Source: Chlorokybus atmophyticus (Eukaryota; Plantae; Mesostigma and Chlorokybus algae). From it: 9,562 nucleotides of DNA. The notes beneath the pieces were generated by a model that saw only the letters and a program-made list of their open reading frames with translations, was not told the DNA's origin and made no database searches. Below, one piece after another: positions 1-6,172 of this stretch. Position 1 is the first letter of the stretch. The number at the start of each line of letters is the position of its first letter. Made by a program: the position numbers and the translations under genes. The DNA lies in NCBI GenBank assembly GCA_009103225.1, contig RHPI01002240.1, positions 1 through 9,562 on the forward strand, written 5' to 3'.

Positions 1-49
1 CCCAAAATCGAAGTATAAAACCCGGGGGACTCTATTGGGGTAAATGCGG
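1..49. mobile_element. Right end (TIR) of a Tc2/pogo-like (Tc1/mariner superfamily) DNA transposon; left part outside window
   Basis: 13-51 is the reverse complement of 493-532 (2 mismatches + 1 indel over 40 nt). It ends ...GGGGTAAATGCGG followed by TA (50-51). CCGTATTT termini with TA target sites are typical of Tc2/pogo-type elements. Confidence 0.75.
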
Positions 50-732
50 TATGTCAAATTTCAAAAGCCCCCTATTGTTTATGAGTTATAGCTTGAGCTA
101 TCAGTGAGCCTATCACCGTCCATCATGTTAGCTTGCACAGCCTGACGTATATGATACAACTTATATACAAAATACCTCAAGCTGTGCTGATACATACATT
201 GCCGGTGAGTAATTGTATTGTTTACACATGTTGCAATGTGTAATGCTTGCACATCATATTTAGCATGTACAATGTGCAGTCTGACGCATTGCAGTGCGGT
301 GTTGATGTATTCATAGCGGTACAAGCTCATGTTGCATGGCATGTCATATGCACTTGCTTGCGGTGTGATGCTATATTTGCTCAAATGGCCCCGTTGCTCT
401 ACCACATGCAATACTATATCACAGTGCAGTGATTGATTGCATCGTTTAAATCTATACTTTATTACATTAACGCTTGATATATGCATTAAAACTACCGTAT
501 TTACCCCAAATAGAGTGCCCCGGGTTTTATACAGGCCCCCCCTCAATTTTGTTGCGGGGGACTGTGTTGGGGTGGGGGGGATTGAATTGTGTAGCTGAGC
601 ACAGCATAGTCCCCCTTAGTTACGTCATCGGAGTGTCTAAGTTGATGTGTTCGTTGTAACTGGCGAGCATTTTGGCGCCACAACAAGCAGTTCGGCGGCG
701 AGGTTGTTGACGTGGGCGGCGCTGGCGTCAAC

Positions 733-965
733 ATGGTGGGGGTGAGAGCTGCCAGGGAGGCAGCACGCCACCGTCTGAGATAGCCGCAGAGGCGGCAGCA
801 AAAGCACGTGAGGCGGCATCTAGGCTCGCAACAGAGCCAGCAGCCGAGCAACTTCACGCTGGTGGTGAGCGTCCCACAAGTCCGCAGAAGCGCATCAATG
901 CTGCTCGCACTAACAATGGTCAAACCAGAAGATACAAGCGGCGGGCATGCGCATGCCATAAAAAG
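733..965 (+). pseudogene. Putative exon 1 of pogo-like transposase
   Basis: Frame open 711-965 reads ...PSEIAAEAAAKAREAASRL...GQTRRYKRRACACHKK and ends AAG|GT in phase 0. The ATG at 733 joins this frame only if one G was lost from the G5 run at 738-742 (inference). Confidence 0.5.
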
Positions 966-992
966 GTACAATCAGTGATAAAGTAGACTGTG

Positions 993-1070
993 TGTCACAG
1001 CCCACTCGACCACAAAAGACTTGGTGCTTTTTATGGTCGACTTGGTACTTTAGTGTACCTTCCCGTTACA
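993..1070 (-). repeat. TRIM 3' LTR (78 bp)
   Basis: TG...CA termini; preceded on the minus strand by the PPT. Confidence 0.9.
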
Positions 1071-1083
1071 TTCCCCCCCACTT
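1071..1083 (-). other. Polypurine tract of the TRIM
   Basis: Minus strand TTTTT-AAGTGGGGGGGAA|TGTAAC: a T-run then a G-rich purine tract directly before the LTR, as in Ty3/gypsy 3' ends. Confidence 0.85.
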
Positions 1084-1398
1084 AAAAACGCTGACGTCCT
1101 CGGCAGCTGGCGCCCATGAGCTGGGGAATCATCCCAGGGGTCTGATTTAGGGTCGGTCACCGGCCCCACCACCCAAGGACCGGCCAATTTGGGCCCATAC
1201 CGGTCAACGCGCGCATAGCGCACCGCTGCCGGCCCCACAGGTCGCATCGCAACAGGCAGGTCGCGACCTGCCGCGCCGATTGAACTGGTCATTCCGACGC
1301 GACTGCCATTAGGCAAGTTGCGACCTATCGGTGATGGCACTTATGAAGTGACCATTTACGATGTTATTTGATCGAGAAACAACGACCGCGGAATTCGT

Positions 1399-1470
1399 GT
1401 GCAAGGCAAGAATCGAACCCGGGTCTCAAGCTCCAATGACCAATGTCACAGCCCACTCGACCACAAAAGA
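1399..1470 (-). promoter_or_regulatory. tRNA-like segment with Pol III A box (1453-1463) and B box (1410-1419) straddling the TRIM 5' LTR/PBS junction
   Basis: Minus strand TGGTCGAGTGG fits A-box TRGYNNANNGG and GGTTCGATTC fits the B box, with 33 nt between them. D-stem, 17-nt anticodon-arm interval, AGAC variable loop and CCGGG-TTCGATT T arm lie in tRNA register. The acceptor stem does not pair. Confidence 0.6.
1431..1443 (-). other. Candidate primer-binding site of the TRIM
   Basis: TTGGTCATTGGAGC follows the LTR CA. It starts with TGG (complement of tRNA CCA) but only imperfectly matches the iMet-type TGGTATCAGAGC or a GCATTGG-acceptor tRNA-Gly (TGGTGCATTGG). Primer not identified. Confidence 0.5.
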
Positions 1471-1522
1471 CTTGGTGCTGTTATGGTCGATTTGTGGTAA
1501 TTTGATGTACCTTCCCGTTACA
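1444..1522 (-). repeat. TRIM 5' LTR (79 bp)
   Basis: TG...CA termini. 36 bp (1444-1479) and 17 bp (1506-1522) are identical to the other LTR. Confidence 0.9.
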
Positions 1523-1540
1523 CTGTGGGGTGAGAGAAAG

Positions 1541-1666
1541 TGCATGTGTGTGGGTGCGTATGTGCGCGTGTGTGTGCTTATGTGTGCGTGTGCGTGCGTA
1601 TGTGTGCATGTTTATTTGTTGTGTGCTCTGTGCGTGTGTATGTGCATGCTTGCAAGCGTGCGCACG
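1541..1666. repeat. Degenerate (TG)n/(TGCG/TGTA) microsatellite in the intron
   Basis: Alternating purine-pyrimidine run tgcatgtgtgtgggtgcgtatgtgcgcgtgtgtgtgc... Confidence 0.9.
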
Positions 1667-1735
1667 TATTTGTTGCTGGTGCAGTGACACCCCGAGTGCA
1701 TGCAGTGTTACTAACTGCACGTATGTACATGGCAG

Positions 1736-1987
1736 CGCAAGTTTATTGATATTGCCAAGCATCTTGGCATCAAACGAACTGAGCGCGAGCACGGCATTCA
1801 TGCTAAGAGCTTGCGGACTTGGATTCAAAAGGAGCTGGAGATCAAGTCCGCTTGTGCAAGTGATTGTAGGTTGAAGGGTGCGGGGAGGTCACTCGCACAT
1901 CCAGTGCTGGACACTCTTCCGTACAACTACAATGTTGACAGATTGGGTGGGCTAGGAGTTACTCAAGGCATGATAAGGGGACGTGCT
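1736..1987 (+). pseudogene. Exon 2 of pogo/Tc5 (CENP-B-like) transposase: N-terminal HTH plus CENP-B-type HTH, truncated before the DDE domain
   Basis: RKFIDIAKHLGIKRTEREHGIHAKSLRTWIQKELEI...LKGAGRSLAHPVLDTL...RLGGLGVTQGMIRGRA fits the pogo pattern (first HTH ending xGI...LRxW, then GxGR...P.L...R..G..V...MI...A). Recognised by eye, not by HMM. Confidence 0.75.
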
Positions 1988-2071
1988 GTCATGCCATCTA
2001 CCCTCGCATGCCAGTCCTTCTCGAGCATGCCTACACCCAGCCCCACGCCCGGGCTACCAGCATGAAGACCG
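1987..2071 (+). repeat. 85-bp direct repeat, copy 1 (copy 2 at 3733-3818)
   Basis: tgtcatgccatctaccctcgcatgcc...catgaagaccg is identical to 3733-3818 except one C indel, and ends at the N at 2072. Confidence 0.9.
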
Positions 2072-2072
2072 N

Positions 2073-2520
2073 GCGAGGTGGATGCAGTCAACATGCACAG
2101 CGAGATTGGCAACAATGTACCGCCGCCCAGCTCAATCTATCTGCTCTGGCTTACGCAATGTCGGCTTGACTATGGGGTGGGTATGGGTGAATGGTGGAGG
2201 CCTGCAGCCACGCATGTATCATATGGATAGCGCCCCAAAAAAAAAAGTCTTCAAGGTCAAGGAAATGCATGTGACTGTTGAGCGTACCTCTGCATTCTTT
2301 TGTGCTTGTTCCCACAGTTGCAATTGGTCCCGCATGGTTCTGAAAGGGGCTCCAAGGACTGCAGCTCCTGATCCACTCCTTGTTGCATAAAGCGAGCCAC
2401 CAAGCAGCTCTCTGTGTGATGACGGTCCTTAATGGCTTGCCTGCTGGTTTGTCCAATATTAGTGATGCATGTTGGACAGCCCCATTGCTGACGCCTGCCA
2501 TGATCTATGACGTGGCGCCC
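2073..2520 (+). pseudogene. Possible spliced, degenerate gene fragment of unknown family
   Basis: EVDAVNMHSEIGNNVPPPSSIYLLWLTQCRLDYGV, then G|GTATGG donor at 2181 and a pyrimidine-rich CCCACAG acceptor ending 2317, joined to VAIGPAWF*KGLQGLQLLIHSLLHKASHQAALCVMTVLNGLP... with one internal TGA. Family not recognised. Confidence 0.25.
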
Positions 2521-2579
2521 GGTATTAGCTGGCTTCGCTGCTTAAACTCTTACGACCACAACTTCTCGCAAGATGTGCC

Positions 2580-2625
2580 ACGCCACCGCCGCCGCCGCCT
2601 CCTACTCCTGGTCCTCCGCCTCCTA
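2580..2625. repeat. (CCG/CCT)-rich low-complexity tract
   Basis: cgccaccgccgccgccgcctcctactcctggtcctccgcctcct; reads as poly-Pro in one frame. Confidence 0.7.
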
Positions 2626-2848
2626 GTCGAACCCAGGTCCACTATATATGCCTCTCATTCGAGCCGTCATCGACCTAATGCCCCTGCGTGCCATCATCCG
2701 GCCATCAATGAAGCTGTTTGGGTGAGTGCACGTTAACTCCCATTAGGGCTGGTCGAGCAATGCCTCTGTCGTATCATGGAGGGTACGACAGAGCCATAGT
2801 ACACCAATAGCTGGGTTGGACCAGAGATGCCTCTGTCGTACCATAAAT

Positions 2849-3344
2849 CACACGGCTTGACGTTGAAGGACCATGCTTGGTCCTTGCACGGACCCCGCGG
2901 ACCATGCATGATCCGTACCCCGCGGGCCAGGACTGAGGGCCCCGCGGACTGAGGGCCCAGGACTGAGGGCCCCGCGCAGGCCGGGCGTGGCCGGTGCCGT
3001 CGGCTCAAGATAAAGCACTTTTCCGTCATTTGCAATAATATCTGATGCTTATGAACAAATATTGCGATCGATGGTCCGCTGGCCGGACCAGTAATGATTA
3101 ATAAGTACATTTGCATGATTAAGTCCCTGGTCCGCTGGCTGGCTCGTACATGGTCCTGACGCGACCGTAAACCGGCCGGACCAGACATGGTGCGACCCCA
3201 AAAAAACATGGTACCGTTCACGTGAGGACCATGCATGGTCCAACTGTCAATAACAGCCATACATGATCCACCGATTTCACTAAGCAGGGCAAAATCCCAG
3301 CCCGAAAGCACGAACAATGCATGGTTCTTTAACGTCAAGCGGTG
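2849..3344. mobile_element. Non-autonomous TIR element (MITE-like), CACTA/CMC-like termini
   Basis: 2851-2876 and 3319-3344 are inverted repeats (23/26). Termini CAC (2849) and GTG (3344) are flanked by AAT on both sides (2846-2848, 3345-3347). There are 11 internal GGACC/GGTCC motifs in both orientations and no coding similarity seen. Confidence 0.6.
2930..2972 (+). repeat. Three copies of GGACTGAGGGCCC inside the TIR element
   Basis: Copies at 2930-2942, 2946-2958 and 2960-2972. Confidence 0.9.
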
Positions 3345-3732
3345 AATGTTACGCCCAAGCCATTGTTACCCTTGGTTGTACGAAGCATGGATGGTGAGAA
3401 TGCATAAGTCGTACCATCAACCATAGGAGAAGGACGCACCACAAGTGCGACTCTAGTGCGGGACACTTGACGTTCAAGACCGCCTCATTTTCGTTTTCAC
3501 GCCTCGTACATTTGGGCGGGCCACCTGGCGACGGCAGCGTTGGATGCGGCAGCGCCACCATCAGCTAAGCAAGCGGTACCCGACTATCAGTTAGAGAGAT
3601 GCCTCGTGGTCCGTCTGCAGGTGCACCTCATCGTGGAGGTCGGCGCCATCAGTCCACATTGCCCCCAGTGTTCAACCAGGCAATCGTTGCCAACCAGCAG
3701 CAGCCACTCTTGGCCAACCAATCGCAGCAAGA

Positions 3733-3818
3733 TGTCATGCCATCTACCCTCGCATGCCCAGTCCTTCTCGAGCATGCCTACACCCAGCCCCACGCCCGGG
3801 CTACCAGCATGAAGACCG
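3733..3818 (+). repeat. 86-bp direct repeat, copy 2
   Basis: Matches 1987-2071; here it lies inside the short ORF 3599-3841. Confidence 0.9.
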
Positions 3819-4042
3819 CGCGAGCCTCAGCCTGCTGCTAGCTACTGTACCTCTCATGTAGCATGTAGCTAGGGCTACTTTATAGACCTGTCTGAAGGGA
3901 CCGCGCGTAGCTGATCAGTTGTAAGTCTGTTAATAACACATGTGCTATATCGAGTCTTAGGGGATTTCCGAAATAGCATACGGCCTCGATGTGACCGTTG
4001 GCCTAGTGCCCGCGTGGCACTGCACAGTCCTAGTTTGACATG

Positions 4043-4114
4043 TATAAGTAGGAAGTCACGTCACCAGACCGGCTGGTGACACTGTAAGTGAGTACTGTGA
4101 GTACTAGGAGTACT
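4043..4114 (+). promoter_or_regulatory. Candidate LTR promoter/R region: TATAA, perfect hairpin and 9-bp-period repeat
   Basis: TATAA at 4043-4047; GTCACCAG-accgg-CTGGTGAC 8-bp stem at 4060-4080; GAGTACT at 4090, 4099 and 4108. Confidence 0.3.
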
Positions 4115-5887
4115 AAGCAGTAAAGACTCTGTTTCTAAAGAGCTTGTGAAGCGACTTGAACTGGAAGCACGCTGCCCCGGTTGCCAAGAATTCCCTTACT
4201 GCGTGAGACACGGTGCATGCTCTTGTGCGATGTGCCTGTCATTGCTGTGAGCTGGGCGGTGGTGTGTTGTCTCAGTAGTCAGGGTGTTGTATCCACGTGT
4301 TGCACACTCATTCACCTCACTTAACAGTGTATCGTTCTATCCACTCATGCAAAGAACTGTGTCCACAGCACTACCTATCGTAGTGGCTTGTTGACTTACA
4401 GTGTCACCCTCTTTGCACAAGTGAGTGTGTTGCAATCTGCATCAGATAGTGCAGTCCGCACCCAGGGATAGATCGCTGGGCATTCGTTATCATTGTCATC
4501 ACATAGTGCGCACAAGCACTAGTGTGTTGGGTGGTAACAGCATCAGGATAGACGGTAGAGCACAAGCACTCTACCCTTTCACCTCTGGACCAGCTGTATG
4601 AGCAGGCCCACCCCGTTCTCCCCAATAGACGAGGGTGACCTCAGCAGTCGGAGCCCAACCACCAACCTCACCTACGAGCGGACCAGTGACGGGAGCATCG
4701 ACCGCAGCAGCAGAGGCTCGCGCTCCATCTCCAGCTTCACCCCGCTCCACTCTACTCCTCGTCATCAAGCTTCTCCACTATCATCGGACAGCGACGACAA
4801 CGAGATGGAGTCTTCCAGGTCAACCACATCCCTGCGCTTTTCCGGACGTGCCGGCACCACCTCGCTAGATGAGTTCATCATCAAGTTCCACTCCAAGATG
4901 CGGCAGCAAGCTCTGAAGAACAAAGACTGGTCAGATGAGATCTCTTTCCACATTGCTGCTCAGTATCTTGATCATGAAGCACACGATGTCTGGAAGTCCG
5001 TTGCTGAACTGCATCAAGTAGACGGCTATGGCGAGCTTGCCAGCACCATAGCATCTGCATCTCTGCATCTGCACCGTCCAGCAGGTGTCGTTCCACCTGC
5101 CACTTCAGTTGCAGTAACAGGCTTGTCCATAGCTGCAGCTCTCAAGCAGGCAGAGGAGGAGGAACCAGAGTTGGTACTTGTTAATTTGACCCCTGCAGAA
5201 GTTGAGTCCAAGGAGGCCACACGTCGAGTCCGCATCCTTGACCGTTCTGCCATCATCATTGAGGAATAAAGAGCTGCACAACAAGCGGCAGCCGCAGAGT
5301 TGGGTACTCCTCTACCTCTAGCAACACCTGGCTCTCGTGCAGGAGGCAGTGCTTTCACCCTCGGGTCAGTAGCACTGCGCACACCAGCCATCACCGTAGG
5401 TGCTGCCATCTCTGATTCTCCACTCAAGAACCTGTACGCTGCCCTGCGCCGCACCTTCCCTCCTTAGACCACCAGCAAGGTTGAGGAGCTGAGACGCTTC
5501 CGACGCAAGCCCAATGAGGATCCCCTCCGCTTGTACTCCAGACTGGAAGGTCTGCTGAAGGACACTGACTACAAGATTGTCAGTGAGGAGGCTGCTGCAG
5601 TGATATACATCAATGAGTTGGATGCTGCTCTGAGCGAGTCGACACGCCTGACTCTGAACTACAGCAGGCCCCTTGGCTACACCCTCAAAGAAGCCTTCGA
5701 GACTGCACAAGCCATCCACAAGCGTTTGGTGTATGAGAAGGCAGTGCTGGACACCAACCGCAGCGCCGCACGGCCTGTAGTCAGCACGACAACTGAGCCT
5801 CCTCGCCGCGACAGTGGCCTGGACGCTCCACCAGCACGCGACAAAGGGAAACGGTCAGCTCATGCTGCACTTGCTGCCCCTGTGCTG

Positions 5888-5995
5888 TGTCATCGCTGTG
5901 GACGGCATGGGCACTACCAAAAGGAGTGCACCGAAGAATACTCAACTTTGGTTTGCGACCACTGTCACAAGACTGGTCATTTGGAGTCAGTCTGC
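5888..5995 (+). other. Two CCHC zinc knuckles (nucleocapsid)
   Basis: CHRCGRHGHYQKEC (5888-5929) and CDHCHKTGHLESVC (5954-5995) both fit CX2CX4HX4C; followed by WLQFPELRP. Confidence 0.95.
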
Positions 5996-6025
5996 TGGCT
6001 CCAGTTCCCAGAGTTGAGGCCCGCC

Positions 6026-6172
6026 AACAGCTACAACCACAACTACTTCGGTGGCTACAACAGCAACAACACTGGAGGCTACACTGGCAACAACTTCAGT
6101 GGCTACAATAGCAACAACACCGGAGCCCACAACAGCAACAACGCTGGTGGCAGCAACAACAACAACAACGCC
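6026..6172 (+). repeat. 24-bp coding tandem repeat giving a G/N/Y/S-rich octapeptide array
   Basis: NSYNHNYF-GGYNSNNT-GGYTGNNF-SGYNSNNT-GAHNSNNA then GGSNNNNN; units start at 6026, 6050, 6074, 6098 and 6122. Confidence 0.9.

Larger units (their letters stand above)
993..1522 (-). mobile_element. Complete TRIM-type non-autonomous LTR retrotransposon (530 bp)
   Basis: Direct repeats 993-1070 and 1444-1522 read TGTAAC...GTGACA on the minus strand. TSD CTGTG at 988-992 and 1523-1527. PPT abuts the 3' LTR and a TGG-starting PBS-like stretch abuts the 5' LTR. The 373-bp internal region has no recognisable gag/pol. Confidence 0.92.
966..1735 (+). other. Spliceosomal intron (GT..AG) of the transposase gene, containing the TRIM and a TG-rich microsatellite
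   Basis: Donor AAG|GTACAA at 966, perfect TACTAAC branch point at 1709-1715, CAG acceptor at 1733-1735. A phase-0 join gives ...RRYKRRACACHKK|RKFIDIAKHLG... Confidence 0.65.
495..1987 (+). mobile_element. 5' part of a pogo/Tc2-like DNA transposon (left TIR plus truncated transposase)
   Basis: TA (493-494) then CCGTATTTACCCCAAATAGAGTGCCCCGGGTTTTATAC (495-532), followed by a transposase-like reading frame. No matching right TIR was seen downstream, and similarity stops at about 1987. Confidence 0.75.

Noticed and set aside
13-532. Single 520-bp MITE
   Set aside because: TIR polarity is outward: TA flanks the inner sides, and the 495 end continues into a transposase.
79-659. ORFs 79-546, 247-432 and 474-659
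   Set aside because: AT-rich spacer and TIR sequence with no recognisable protein features.
1050-1340. 96-aa minus-strand ORF in the TRIM; PKLAGPWVV resembles an integrase GPY/F motif
   Set aside because: The resemblance is only a few residues and the ORF runs into the LTR; cannot be supported without a search.
1399-1470. Calling this a functional tRNA gene
   Set aside because: The acceptor stem does not pair (TCTTTTG vs CTTGCAC), position 33 is A rather than T, and the anticodon stem is mostly wobble or mismatch. Kept only as tRNA-like promoter sequence.
1361-1874. ORFs 1361-1687, 1481-1828, 1530-1874 and 1540-1749
   Set aside because: Produced by the stop-poor TG microsatellite (C/V/A or H/T repeats).
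2733-3338. 201-aa minus-strand ORF
   Set aside because: Lies over the GC-rich repeat modules of the TIR element; no motif recognised.
1987-3818. 85-bp repeats as LTRs of a second TRIM (they start TGTCA)
   Set aside because: Identity runs past the only candidate CA end, no TSD, PBS or PPT was found, and one copy abuts an N.
3820-3871. Helitron 3' end (CTAG at 3838 or 3868)
   Set aside because: No convincing GC hairpin at the expected distance, not followed by T, and no 5' TC end identified.
4532-4547. tRNA-iMet PBS (TGGTAACAGCATCAGG, 12/16 to TGGTATCAGAGCCAGG)
   Set aside because: Not preceded by an LTR-terminal CA, and the mismatches fall in the core.
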